Shown here piece by piece: positions 12,526 to 25,688 of a DNA stretch of 64,000 nucleotides. Source of the stretch: Bugula neritina. Its lineage: Eukaryota > Animalia > Bryozoa. Under the pieces are notes generated by a model that had not been told where the DNA came from, searched no databases, and saw only the letters and a program-made list of their open reading frames with translations. The DNA is taken from NCBI GenBank assembly GCA_964035545.1, contig OZ037767.1, forward strand, positions 27,916,628-27,980,627, read 5' to 3'. The position numbers and the translations under genes are program-made. Within the stretch, counting starts at the first letter, position 1. Every line of letters begins with the position of its first letter.

Positions 12526-15138
12526 CATTATATGAGATAGCAGAAAGGGTGTATAGCAACACTTCCCTTACCTGGTGTACATAGCTCTGACTCATGGTTT
12601 GGCATGTTTCATGGCTGGTAACAATGAATCACTGATGGAGAAACTTAATCCTATTTCACTACTTCCTGAAATAGTAATTATAATTCACAGTTTAACCAAC
12701 TATTTCAGGGAGTATAGAGCAACTGATGTAAAATAGCATCATCATTCTTGCTTTCCACTCAGTTAATTTTTAACCTAAGCTTGGTGACAATTACAAAAAA
12801 AGTTTTTTTTTTTGAAAAATAAACTAAACTCTAACTGGATGTAGGCTCGCATATGGATTCAGGAGAACCCACAAAATATTTTTTTAGATTTAAAAAACGC
12901 CTCTGATAGAAAGGTTTTTTTTTAAATGGGCTAAGAACTTTCAGATTTTAAAGTAATGTAATATTTTTAATTTTAATAGTAATTTATGGGATATGATGGG
13001 ATATGGCAAAGTAAAACAGAAACCATATTAAACTTTATTCATTCTTTTTTCTTTAATGCATCAGATTAGAGGAGAATAACAAATTTATTTCTTAGAGCAA
13101 TATTATCAGATGATATAATACCCCATTACTAGGTAATTACTTCTTCAAAATATAAACATAAGCAAAGTTATGAAGTTCACATTTGCTGTTGTTTACACTG
13201 ATTGGTGTGAAACAGAAAGCATTTGAAGAACCTTAAAGCACTTAGATACAAGTATCTTTGACTGTAAGTTATATCTGCTAATTAATATTGGCAATATTAT
13301 CATCATAATTATATCATGTAGATATAACTTCAGCAATAGCTAGTAATTATGGCTCATTTGACCTTAGCATATTCACGCAATGAACTCAAGGGTGGAAACA
13401 GTAAACATTGTATCCCACCAGAGCAGCTCAGTGCAGTAACTGAGTGCCTTATCGCTTCACCTCACGGCTATGAGGATGTTTAATGAATAATAGCTGGCTA
13501 GAAACATATATATTATCAATTTTAGTAACTGTAAGAATGAAAAATTAATATCTTTATAACAGCATAATAATGATTTTTAACAAGTTCTTGGCTTTTAGCA
13601 CTCTGTCAGTAAAGATAATCAATATCAGATGAATATATACATTATGCTTTACAAGGAAGCACTGCAGGTAACAAATCATGACTCATCAGGTCTTTGTTAG
13701 TTTGAGGTCATATTATAACAACAATGGGCTGTAGTGGATAGGTTGACTTGATGACTCATTTTAATAACAAGACTGGCTTGTCAGGAAGACCAGAGATGAA
13801 AATTATAAATTGGTTTTTAATTCCAATGATTAAAAGAATTGCAGCCATACAATTAAAAGTAACTTAGGAGTTAGTTTTAATCCAGTAGATGTGACTTTAG
13901 TAATGTCAGCTTTTAAAGATCCATAATATTTTTTATATTCTACGACCACAATTTCAACATTTCTGACACACACATCATAAAATGAGTGAAAAGCTTAAAA
14001 TTTTTGTAACATGTGTTCACCAGAAGTGAATTCATTAGCCCAATTTCTGAATGCAACGGAAATTATGCAGTACTTTTAAATCATGAAGAAATTAACTAAG
14101 AAGTGACATGTTGAAAGCTATTCAATGTATTGCATACAGGATAAAGTGTAGATAATGTACGACACATTTCTTCAAACTGTCACCTACTTTTATTGATAAT
14201 TCATAAAACCACGTTTCATACTATTGACTTGCAGGGTTATGGGACACTAAATTTGTTATGCTTAAAAGAGCATGAATTAAACTAAAGCAAAATCTGTAAT
14301 TGAAAATTGGAGGATGGATAAAAATAGCACTATGAAAGAAAAAGGCTCATAAAACTACAATAACATGAAGCATTAAATAAAGAAGAAGGATGTGAAGCTT
14401 GGGAGGAGGTAAAACTTATATTAGCACACTTGACTCATAAAACAAACAGAACTTTTTCAGAAATAATATTATATTTCCTGTATAATACTGTTAAGAGAAT
14501 AAACTAACAGGTTAAAAACTTAAAGAGCTTTTATATACCGTGAACACATAAAATAAGAAATTAGACTTTATCAAACAAAATGAGCTAGTTAATACTAATA
14601 GCATATATATGAATTTATCAGAAGAAATCTTATCTTTTAAAGTAAGTCTCAATGTTAATAAATATTTTAACTAGTGATGCTATCAAAACTGAATTGAGTA
14701 TTTAACAGTTAGAACTTGTGATGCTATATCTACGTGTACATACTTCACAGACTTAGATACAAAGATTAGTAAATATGACACCTTCAGGTAGCACTATTTA
14801 TATAACCGTTTCAACTATAACATAAATTTTAAGCTTAGTGACTTAATAATTACTTTAGGAAGCAGATGTGTTAAAATGCTGACTTGGTCGGACCAGGCTG
14901 GTAACATTATCTTTCAAAAATAACATTTCAAAAATAGGCAATAGGCAAATGGACAGATCGAATATGGGTGTCTAAATCCAATGGAGTTAAAGATGGCTTG
15001 TTGTAAACTTGGGCAATTTTGAATTTAGACTATTTAGAACGAAAAATAGTCAGTATGGAGTTTTTAAATTTTTTGAAGCTTTCCATCATTTAAACTTCTG
15101 TTATATTTTCGAAAGGTCAGGAATTTCACTAAACCATA

Positions 15139-15205
15139 GGTTCAAATCCCAGCAGGGCCATTGGTAGTTTCAGAAAGAGCATCTGATCATAACTTCTCAT
15201 GCGCT
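15139..15205 (+). mobile_element. SINE fragment (B box plus core)
   Basis: GGTTCAAATCCC...GGCCATTGGTAGTTTCAGAAAGAGCATCTGATCATAAC matches the other copies. Confidence 0.6.
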
Positions 15206-15299
15206 ATTTGTATAGGGTATCCGAAAGAATGGAGATTTTGAGTGCTTACTAGTAAGTATTTTGAAAGGTTACCATTACTTATAGCTATAATGATAACTG

Positions 15300-16002
15300 C
15301 AGTTATTGTTGATAGTGATACAAACTAACGACATACTGATACACTAGTGTTCCTACTGATATAGCATACTCATAGTCATACTCATACTGATACAGCTAGA
15401 GCTATGCATATGGATATCCTCTGATAGTAACTATATCACTTTATTGTCAGTATTATAATAATCATTATCATCATTATAATCACAGTCAATGTCAGTGTCA
15501 CAATGAGTATGATTATCATTATGAACTAATTATTAAAATATTATAGTAACTATCAGTATCACTATGACTATCACTATGAACATAACTCCAAGTCTATGAG
15601 TATCACTATCAGTGTGACTATCACTACAACTATCAGTTACATCATGATCATCTACCCCAGCACACCATGACCATCACTACCAATATGAAATTGAGTATCA
15701 GTATGACTATCAAGTATCACTATGAACTTATGAGTATCACATTCACTGTCATACTGCTACTTCACTAATACAGTAATAATAATACTTTTATCAGTATCAG
15801 TATGAGTATAACTATAAGTATCACTTACACTATGACATTGACTATGACTATCACTAAATCAGTAAATGTAATACTAATAGTAATACTAAGTCTAATACTA
15901 ATAGTAATACTATTACATTTACTAATACTAATAGTAATACTAATACTAATAGTAATAGTAATATTAGTAATACTAATACTAATAATAACAGTAATACTAA
16001 TT
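15300..16002. repeat. Degenerate tri/hexanucleotide low-complexity tract (ACT/AGT/AAT units)
   Basis: 3- and 6-periodic runs such as GTAATACTAATA. Confidence 0.85.
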
Positions 16003-16456
16003 ACTGGAGAATGACAATGTAAAAATATTGTGGGACTTCAACATACACACCGACAGAGTCATCGAAGCTAGGAGGCCTGATATAGTAGTAGTTGACAAGC
16101 GTAATGCTGAAACAACAATCATCGATATCGCAGTTTCTGGTGATTACAGAGTAAAAGAAAAAGAATCAGAGAAGATAGGAAAATATCAGGATTTAGCACT
16201 AGAGTTAACCCGCCTTTGGAAAACATCAACAAAAGTCATCCCCATTGTAATTGGAGCCCTTGGAGCTTCACACATGACTGTAGACTAGATGGCACTACTT
16301 GGAGTAGCTGAAAACAAATACCCACTGATTCAGCAGACAGCCTTACTACTTACTAGGATCAGCTCACATCTTGAGGAAAGTTCTATCCATCCCAGCCTAG
16401 TGGAACCAGGCCGATGGTAGAAGGTTACACCAGCTAAAAGCTGTGATACAACCAAT
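16003..16456 (+). mobile_element. 5'-truncated, decayed non-LTR retrotransposon of Dong/R4-like type (restriction-like endonuclease C-terminus plus 3' UTR)
   Basis: ILWDFNIHTDRVIEARRPDIVVVDK...IIDIAV...EKIGKYQDL...PIVIGALG is the PD-(D/E)xK RLE signature. It has internal stop/frameshift damage and is embedded in AATAGT/AATACT repeats. Confidence 0.88.
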
Positions 16457-17768
16457 AGTAATACTTATAGTAATACTTATACTGATAGTTATACTAATCA
16501 TTAGAGTCTAATGTAATAGTTTAAGTTATACTTATTGACTAATTCATATTCCTATTGGTATTTTAAAAACAGAAAATGAAACCTACATGACAACTCTTAT
16601 CTGTACATAAATTTGAAATATTTGCTAATGATAATAGAGCTAATTTTTATTATAATACTATAATTTTAAAAGCTTGATATTTAAAACCTGCACGGTGGCA
16701 TTTTTTTCAATCGCTCATCACTAGGCTTCGCAAAATTACTGGTTTGCCGGAAACCTAAGCACATTTTAGTTAGTGTAGAGTCGCTACGAATGCCTTGTAG
16801 CTATTGTTTTTAAAGGGTTATCTTTTCTATCAAATGTCACAGTTTGAGAGAAAGCAACTCTTAAAAAAATTAGTTAGTTACTGCATACGTTCTAACTACA
16901 TTGTAAATATTTACTTGTCAATTTGTAACAATCTTATAAGTTTTCTTGTACATATAAGCCAAGTTTACAATTGTTCTGAAACATTATGTAAAACCTTATT
17001 GGAATAGGCTTAATTACCTAATGTATATACAGTATTGCATTTACATTAAACTTGAAACGATATGTACATTATTATGTTCAGTGGCAATTGTGTAAAATTT
17101 TTCTTTTGTTTTGAAGCAGCCTATACGCTTGTATTATAATATATGTTTAAGCATGTTGAGTAATACTAAGCTATATTAATTTGCATTGTTCAGTGAATGT
17201 GAATATTGTTAAAGTTATAAACTGAAAGTGGCTCATACTCAGGGGTCTCCGAGTATGTAGTTCATTTTATATGGACAATCTCACAGGATTAATACAGCTG
17301 ATTTTCATATATTACAGCACAATTTTTGGACACAAAACTTTTCATTAATATTATATCATTAAAAAAGGCTACAAGATAACAAAAAACCACGTATACATAG
17401 AATTTGCTATTTGTCTACAAAGTAGAGCCAAAAATGCTGCATACAGATATTAAATTTTATATAGAGGTAGACAAAAAGTTATTTAAAATAAATTTATATG
17501 TGTTTTATTAATACCCTTCAGACTATATGTGCTGATTGAGCAATGAAGGCAGCAATGTCAAATATATAAATAGTTACACTCATGAGCAATACATTTTTGC
17601 TTCACTTAGGTTGGAAATATATATTTGGTATACTTTAATCTGTGTACAGCTCCTGTTTTAGGGTTAGCACAGAAAATAATGCCGTGGCTCACACCTCGTC
17701 TTCACAATAGAAAGAAACTTATGTTTAAAAGTGTGTACACTCAAGGTAAAGAGCTCAAGTAACTCTTA

Positions 17769-18108
17769 GCCTAGGGCCACACGGTGCGTATTTTCGCATG
17801 CGAAAATTGAAATCACAAGTAGCAAAGGTGTCCACTGCGTTGAAAAAACATGCGAACTTGTCGCTCTGCATTTTCAACGCAAGTGCGAATCGTCTCTGTC
17901 GTCATCACCTAATTGGCTGGTAGTTATTCAGCGAGCCCAATTTCTTTATTTTAGTGCCACATTCCAGTAATTTGCGTTTTATTGAAAGCGAGTGCGATTT
18001 AAAAATGAAAGCTTTATTTATCACGCATCACTGACGCTACAGTGGACACCTTTGCTACTTGTGATTTCAATTTTCGCATGCGAAAATACGCACCGTGTGG
18101 CCCTAGGC
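17769..18108. mobile_element. PIF/Harbinger-type MITE, 340 bp
   Basis: Perfect 69-bp TIRs (17769-17837 and 18040-18108), TTA TSD on both sides, reconstructed empty site AACTC-TTA-GAGTT, no ORF. Confidence 0.93.
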
Positions 18109-18877
18109 TTAGAGTTATGAGCTTGCATGCACAATGTGTATGTGTGTGTGTTTTTGTGTTTGTGCGTGTTTATATGTAAAACAATTTGACTTATACCAAA
18201 AGAGAAATGAATGAGACTGGCATAATTATGTCACATGCTGGTGATTCAGTATCACACATGACCATTACATAAAGATTGTTTCATAATAATATGCCAACTA
18301 ATACATGCATTTTACATGCTCTGTATATGCAACTTTAAGTTTCGCCAGATGCACACTGAACTAGGCATTTTACAGTGTACTATACTAGATATACATGTAA
18401 GTTGGAAATATTTAACATAATATGTATTTTATAATTTTTAGCGTATATACAAGTTTGTTAATATATACAATATCGCAACTTATTTAATATAAAATTAACT
18501 GTATATATGGCTGCTCTGTTTTATCTAAACTGTTAGTAATTATGTGTTTAAGTAAAGATTTACAAATAAATTAGCTCATTTATTATAATATTAAGCTATT
18601 TTGTGTATATTCTTACAGTAGCCTACATATCGGTTAATACTTGCATGTTTTGTCGTTAATATATCCGATAAACCAACAATTATATTGAGATGCTGGCGAC
18701 TGAGAGATATAAAAACAAGATTGTTGTTTTATTACTGCAGTTAGGTTTTGTATTTATTAACATAGTAACCATCATTTCTTTTTTATGCCTGGATAGTCCA
18801 AGCTACGTGTTACTCATGCGTAACTAGTTAGAAACTAACATTGGACAATAATTTATTAGCAGTTCAATGGAATGGCA

Positions 18878-18995
18878 TGTGCGCGCAGTGCGCGCAGGTG
18901 CAATTAAGCAGTTGTGAGTCGTAGCTTAGCTGTTACGGCGGTGCTTTCGCACAGTCGGTTGGCGCAGGAGTTGTATTTGCAAGAGTAAGGCAAGT
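18878..18995. promoter_or_regulatory. CpG-rich promoter-like patch with tandem NRF1-like palindromes
   Basis: TGCGCGCA at 18880-18887 and 18889-18896 within a local CpG cluster, followed by donor-like AAGAGTAAGGCAAGT. Confidence 0.45.
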
Positions 18996-20698
18996 AGTTT
19001 ACTAGTCCAATAGTTACAATATAGGTGAACTAGATATCTAAAAATAGACTAACATTTAGTGATTAGTGTCAGTAGAGACATTCTATAAATTTATAATAAT
19101 CTTACTTTATACAGCTCACAGTTGGAATGTGATTATAATAATAAGTAAATAACTAATGCTTAATAATTACTTATGTTGGTGTAAAATATATTGTAATGTT
19201 GTAATATTATTGTAATAACTAATAATATTTAAAAAAAGTCTGGTAACTCACTAATCTTACACTAGTTTTGTAATTAGGCTACTACCCAGCAGTTGTGCTT
19301 TTTCTTGTTGTGTTTTACAAAGTTACCTATTTTCAGTCATCTTGGTCATTGTCATGTGATTACAGCGGTATTTTATTATGCTGTAAACAAGAGCTAGCCT
19401 GACCAACTTTTTCTAAGCCACATTGTGGTTAGTTTTAGTTTTGGCACAGGTCCAGGGGCTTGGGTCGTGTTCACCTCCAGACTAGGTGTTGAAGTAGTAT
19501 TTATAATAGTTGCACTCAATAGTGACTTGCAAGCTGCATATACTATTAATTAGCCTGCTTAGACAGGATACAACAGTGTTAACATGCAAAACTCCACCTG
19601 CTTCTTGCTTTAACTAAGCAGCTACATAGAGTGTGTTATATCAGTTGGCACTCCGAAAGTTAAGTCTGGCTACCAAATTGTTCTAAATTATTTCGGTGAT
19701 ACTAAGTATACTAAATCTTATTTAAAAATACCCTCTTCATTTTTGTTTAAAATATAAACAGTGAGTTATATTTAAAATATTCCAAAGCAATAATTGGTGA
19801 TATTTTGGCATTGTCCCACCTGACACTGTCAGCTATGCTTAACTACAAAATCTGCTTAAACAACCCATGGATTACATAATCATTACAACTGCAACTTTGC
19901 TCACTAAAGGGTAATTAAACATATCAATTACAGCTTTACTTTTGTACACAGTTGCTGTTTTTATTTGCAGTGACTTTCCCTGCTACAATATTTTAGACAT
20001 GAAGCTTGTAGTTTGCTTTTGACAAATTTAATACTTTCTTTTATTATGTCAATAATATTCTTATTATAGTCATTTACTCAGCTATTCCGATACTAATGAA
20101 GTAACATAGGGGCACCATGATCAAACCCACATATTGGCATTTGTTTAAAAGCTATCATTTTATACTGGTGACTATACTGGAGAAGTTTTCACTGAAGAGC
20201 GTTTGCAGTTTGAGTAATGGTATTTTTACATTCTCAAGTTTTATGTATGCTATACATGTGACCGTGGCAAATTTTTACAACGATGTATATTTGTATATAA
20301 TAGGTATGCATTGCACTACTGTAAGAGTAATTAAACAACATTTAGCATACATGGCAGATTAGTAAACCTTTTGTGATATTTCAAAAATGGAGTAAGTGAA
20401 AATTGTAATAGCATAAATATTCATAAGCATTCAAAAGTGTGTTTAAACACTTGCAGAAACTTCTGAAGAAGGCATATGAAACTGATTTGAGCATACTATA
20501 GCCTATTTAGTAAAAATTGCATATTGTTATGTACTATCTATGCTACTTGTGTTTGTGCTAAATCATGAATACATTATTCTAACATCCTTTAAAATCGATT
20601 CTATAAATAATATGCTCTACTAATTTTTTTAAGAAGCAGTTTGCTGAGACTAAGTGCTTGTTTAGCCAGAGAAAATCAAGTCTATACTTTAATTATTT

Positions 20699-20960
20699 TA
20701 CTACTACTGCCACCGCCGCTACTGTTGATACTACTACTGCTTCTATAGTCTACTACTCTTGCTACTTTTACTGCTGCTTTTCCTTTTACTACTGCTGCTG
20801 CTACTACTACTACTACTGCTGCTGTTGCTGCTGCCAATACTATTACTGATGTTCCTGCTACTGTTGCTGCTTCTACTACTACTACTGGTACTAGTACTGG
20901 TACTAGTACTATTACTACTGTTCTAACTGTTGCTACCATTACTACTAATGTTTCTGTTGG
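20699..20960. repeat. (CTA/CTG)n degenerate trinucleotide repeat
   Basis: Direct; a similar tract lies at 22110-22200. Confidence 0.9.
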
Positions 20961-21454
20961 TGTATAGTAGAAATGAGATAGTGTAACAAGTATACTATTG
21001 CTGATATTTCATTGACTGGTGCTCAAACTCATTCAGGCATGTATTCCCCTTGTAATAAAGGGTAATTATAGTTCTACTATAGCGTTTATGCTTGATTGCA
21101 AATGTCTTCATATATCACTATGTAGTTATTCTCCTTGCCTAACCATCAACAACTTTTACCTGTAGCTTAGTACTACTCTGGCTTTAAAATGTTGTTAGTT
21201 CAAAGAGATTATGTTCACTTTGAGAGGTTCTATTTTGCGTAAAATAGAGAAAATGTTTGTTGATTTTGCTAGATTGTTTTTAGAGTAATTAATCACCTTC
21301 CAAAATTTATCTTGTCATGTATTGTATTCTCTTATTGAAGCTATCAAAAATAATATAGCTTGTAACTCAATTAGCTAATAAAAATACCAAAGTGTATGAA
21401 ATGCATTCTCACCATACCTCACAGCATGTAAGCAGGTCAATCATTTGCAGAGTA

Positions 21455-22000
21455 CTTTTATACCGTAAGGTATAAGTTAATTGGACGGTCTTTCTATCAA
21501 CTGTGTTATGGGTGTGTAAAACATACATACATACATACATACATACATACGGTATATAAACACTTGGCAATACGAAATTTCCAATACTGTAATATTAGTT
21601 CAATACACACTGCCCAACACTATTATACGATTTATGCTAGAAACTATATATAAATATGACAAGAACAGAACAATTTTGAGATCAGCTATCACCGAATGAA
21701 AACCATATATTATATAGTTATATCTCAATGGCAGCAACGCTTTGAGAATAGTAATGCTATTGGCTAGAAACACAATAATAAGCCTGCATAGTTTCAGAAT
21801 AGATGTGTGTAAAGTATGAAACCCCCCAGGAAGTCTTTTTCTCAGTCTATTCTATTTTACTATCCGTCTCCACAACAGTCACGCCTCATTTGTTTAACAC
21901 AAAAACATCACTTTTCACGCCAATAACTGCTATTTGCTATAAAAACTCTGCAGTGAATAGCCGATTGTACCCGTGGTGATAGCGGATGCATTTTTCTGTT
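21455..22000 (+). mobile_element. Possible non-autonomous Helentron (HINE/DINE-like) element
   Basis: T-run start TTTTTATACC with inverted repeat TATACC-GTAA-GGTATA, internal (CATA)n at about 21521-21550, and a GC-rich hairpin-like segment before a T-run near 21970-21995. Confidence 0.35.
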
Positions 22001-25000
22001 GCTGCTAGAAGAGGCTAGGCTGTTTACATACCTGAAGTGGATGCATGTATGCCTGTATACTAGTATTTATACCTAATAATAGTATATGTAAGTAGGCTAT
22101 TGGTATCACTATTACTGCTACTAGTATCACTATGTTATTACTACTAGTAGTACCAGTACTACTGCTTCTGCTACTGCTACTACTGCTGCTGCTACTATTA
22201 CCACTTCCCAGCTGTTCCCACTTCTACCAATACCTGTAATGTTTTTTTGTACTTTTTCAACCACCTCTAGTTTCAACAGCTTGACAGAACTATACAGCCT
22301 ACCATATCTCTGGTAATGTTTGTATAGCAGAAAGATTTTCTTAACTTGACTTAAGAGAGGTACAACAACACCCAGAGGTCTGCATGTTACCACTTTATTG
22401 TATGAGTAGCTGCATACACTTGGTTTGTTATAGTAGGATGGTAATGATGTTCTGATGTTCTGTACACATTCTGCCAGCATAGCTTACTTATACAGTCTCT
22501 ATTAGGTGGAACTTTTAATTTTACTTTAAATGAACTCAGAATTTCTAGTGTCAAAATGTTCATCTTATTTTTTTGGGGATGGGGAAGGAGACATATCATA
22601 AAAATACCTTATCATACTGCCTAAATAAAGCAATTTCTCAAGTAAGACCCTATATATGCTTTTAATATACCTTTTGGACGATAAATAGTAATAAAGTCAG
22701 CATTTGTGTCTGCCAGTATGCTTATTTCTTATATTGGATTGTGATCTCCTGAAGCTGCTTTGAATAGCTGATGTCATAACAACAAATGGGCTTAGACATG
22801 AAGTACCCCTTGAAATATTTAAACTTGTAAATACCCATAAGTGGCCTATATTGCGACTACTTTTACAAAGGGCTATTCTTACAGCGATTATCCAGGGACA
22901 ATAGTTGTTTCTAAGCAGTGGCTATAAATAATATAGTGCCAAGTCATGATGGATAAATTAGGACAATATGCTCAACTTATTAGTATGGGAACTGCGCTGC
23001 GTAATAATGATAATTATTGTGTCTGCCGGTCACCATGGCAGTAGATTGTAAACATCCTACTCTAAAAATAATTCATTGAAGAATGGTATCACCTTGGCAA
23101 AACAATATTTCTCAAAGTCAAATAAATAAGGTGCTATTTGAACTATCCAAAGGTTATAAAGCAGCTAAATATTTACTCTTGAGTTTTGTGCTTTTATGGC
23201 TTTCATATTCATAGCTTTTTAAAGGTGTTTTATAATTTACAATTTCTTGTAAAAACAATTAGTTGAGCAAAATTCACCATTGGCTCTTTATTTATTCAGC
23301 GTAGAGTGTATTTAATAAAACTCTGCTGAAAATATTTTATTTCAAACCATTGTGATCACTGGTTATGAAGGCAATATGTAGGTAAACAAGGGAAATGACT
23401 ATTTTTTAAGCAATTTGCTCCAAAAAACTAACATCAAACAGATTCTTTTGAAGGCTTCTTAACATTTTAAAGTAGTTGACTGGCTTTGTGCCAGCTCTCC
23501 ACAGATAACTATAAACATAAGAATAAAAGAGCTCTATGTAGTTGCAGTAACACTAAGTTAAATTTCAGTAATTGCTTGTAATTGGGTGCTTAGTTTTAAT
23601 AGCCAATGAATGGTGTAATGGGTTAGCTTTGATCATTCCACCAAGTAAAAGTGCTAAAAACTCAACCTGGGTGGTGGGTAAACTGGATGGGCATAGTAGC
23701 TCTACTAAAAACTTTTACTATAGAAACTAGAAAGTAGTTGGGAAGGTTCTAACTGTGTGGCTTAATTGGCTTTAATAATCATAATATTGAAGATTTATTA
23801 CATGCAGAGTGCTATATTTGAAACCAATAATGTTGGTGATTTCCCTGGGGTGATGGGTTGTCCAGCAAATGCACGCAGCCTTTCTATTCACGTTAGACTG
23901 GCAGGTGTATGATCAATATTTTTGTAATGCATCAAGATTACCTGCTTTAGAGGCCTAGCTCTACTGCAAACTCTTCAAGTATTAAGCACACGCTATGCTA
24001 CACTAATTTGCATCTTTCCCGGCCTTAAACTATTGCATTATCTATAAATCAGCTGTAGAAGCTATCCTACTCTTAAAAGGATATTAAAGTCTCCTTTAGT
24101 AAAATAAATTATCTAAATTAAGAAATGATAAACAATGCTGACTAAGCAATAGCGTGGAAGTGCTCAAATATTTGAAAAGTTTAAGGCCTACGCAAGAGTT
24201 TACTTATTTGAATTTAGCATAAATCAATTATTGTTTGCATTTATGAATAATTTCCACGTGACTAATAGGGTTGCTCTGTCTCTGTAATAAATATTATATT
24301 ATTCAACGCTGATCCGTAGCGAAGGTTGTATGATTTACAGCTCTTAAAATAAATTTATAAGCTCAGCTTGATATTCTATTTTAGTATCAAATCTTCTAAG
24401 AAGCATAATTCTATATAGAGGGGTAAATATTATTAATATTTGAGCTTATACTTTATGTTATACTAGATTAGGACTAATTATGTGCAAATTCCCTAGCAGT
24501 TGATGAGTTTGTAGGAGGCTATTAAACCACAGCTGACTAATTCGTGCTATTTTTGTTACAAAGTATGGGTTTCCTTTGTTTTTTTGGCTATTACGTTGAT
24601 TTGAATTATAATAAGGCCTAGTAATTGTTTAGGCTTTTGGTAGCAAGAATGTTCAGTGATTGGAGCTTTTTCAAAACTAATGAATTTCATAGTGCATTCA
24701 ATAAAATTGCTGAAATTAATACCTGCGAATAAACACTACTGTTTTATGCTACTAATTGCACCGAGTTTACTTATTGAACTTGATCAATAACATATAATCA
24801 GTTTTGAATAAATTATGCATCAATTTAAGTCCAGTTAGATAACTACATTTAAATTCATTTCCGATTCTTATTGGAAGAGAATTTACAGTAATGAAAAAAG
24901 AATTTTGAACTAGATCAATAGGAAACTATAATACATGCAAAGATTATATGGAACGTTATTGAAAAGTGTTAGGGTGTAGCATGTTAGCAAGTGCATTTGT

Positions 25001-25688
25001 CATTTAGATCTTGAGGAACCACTACTATTGCCATTGAGTTCAATAGCTGATTTTTGCTTTTGATGACTTTTCAATAGTCCCCTGATCCAGTGTTACACAA
25101 AGCTTCAAAGAAGTGGATAGCTGAATTTACCTCAAAAATCATGTTTTTTAACTTCTATGACTGAAGATTTGGAAGGAGCTGATCTTATCTAACTTATCTA
25201 AGTCAAGACTTTTATACTAGCCATCCAGTCTCTATGCCATTCACATCATATATTAACTTCTACCTAATCAGATCAAACTTAGCTTTATTTTATTTCCATG
25301 TCTCATTTTTTATTAATAGATATCAGAGTTATTAATGCTAAGAACAAGGTGAATGCATGTATTGTGTTGGTTACAGCTTTAGCTCTCCAAAGCTGCTGTT
25401 TTTCTTTCACATTACGATCAATGTACACCACTCAACATGTTTATATAAACCAAGCTATTTGCTGCAGTGGTGCATATTTTAACTTCTAGTTTAGGTTGAG
25501 AATTCGATTGCTCTGTTGCATAGGCAAACAACTTCTTATATCCAATAAAGCAAAAACCTCAAACACAAATAGTAGCCCCTCACCTGGCTTAAACTGTGAA
25601 AAATGAAAAATACTGAAGTATTTGCAGCAGAGTATATGACATGACAATCTTTGCAGGAGTGGTATAGCCCCTGGGTGGCTTCTGCAAG

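Noticed and set aside
15802-16014. Hydrophobic ILIVIL ORF resembling a membrane peptide (also 20658-20939 and 43734-43952)
   Set aside because: Low-complexity tri/hexanucleotide repeats with no supporting splice structure.
20463-20492. CTGAAGA-AGGCATAT-GAAAC hammerhead-like core
   Set aside because: No credible stems; chance match or dead remnant.
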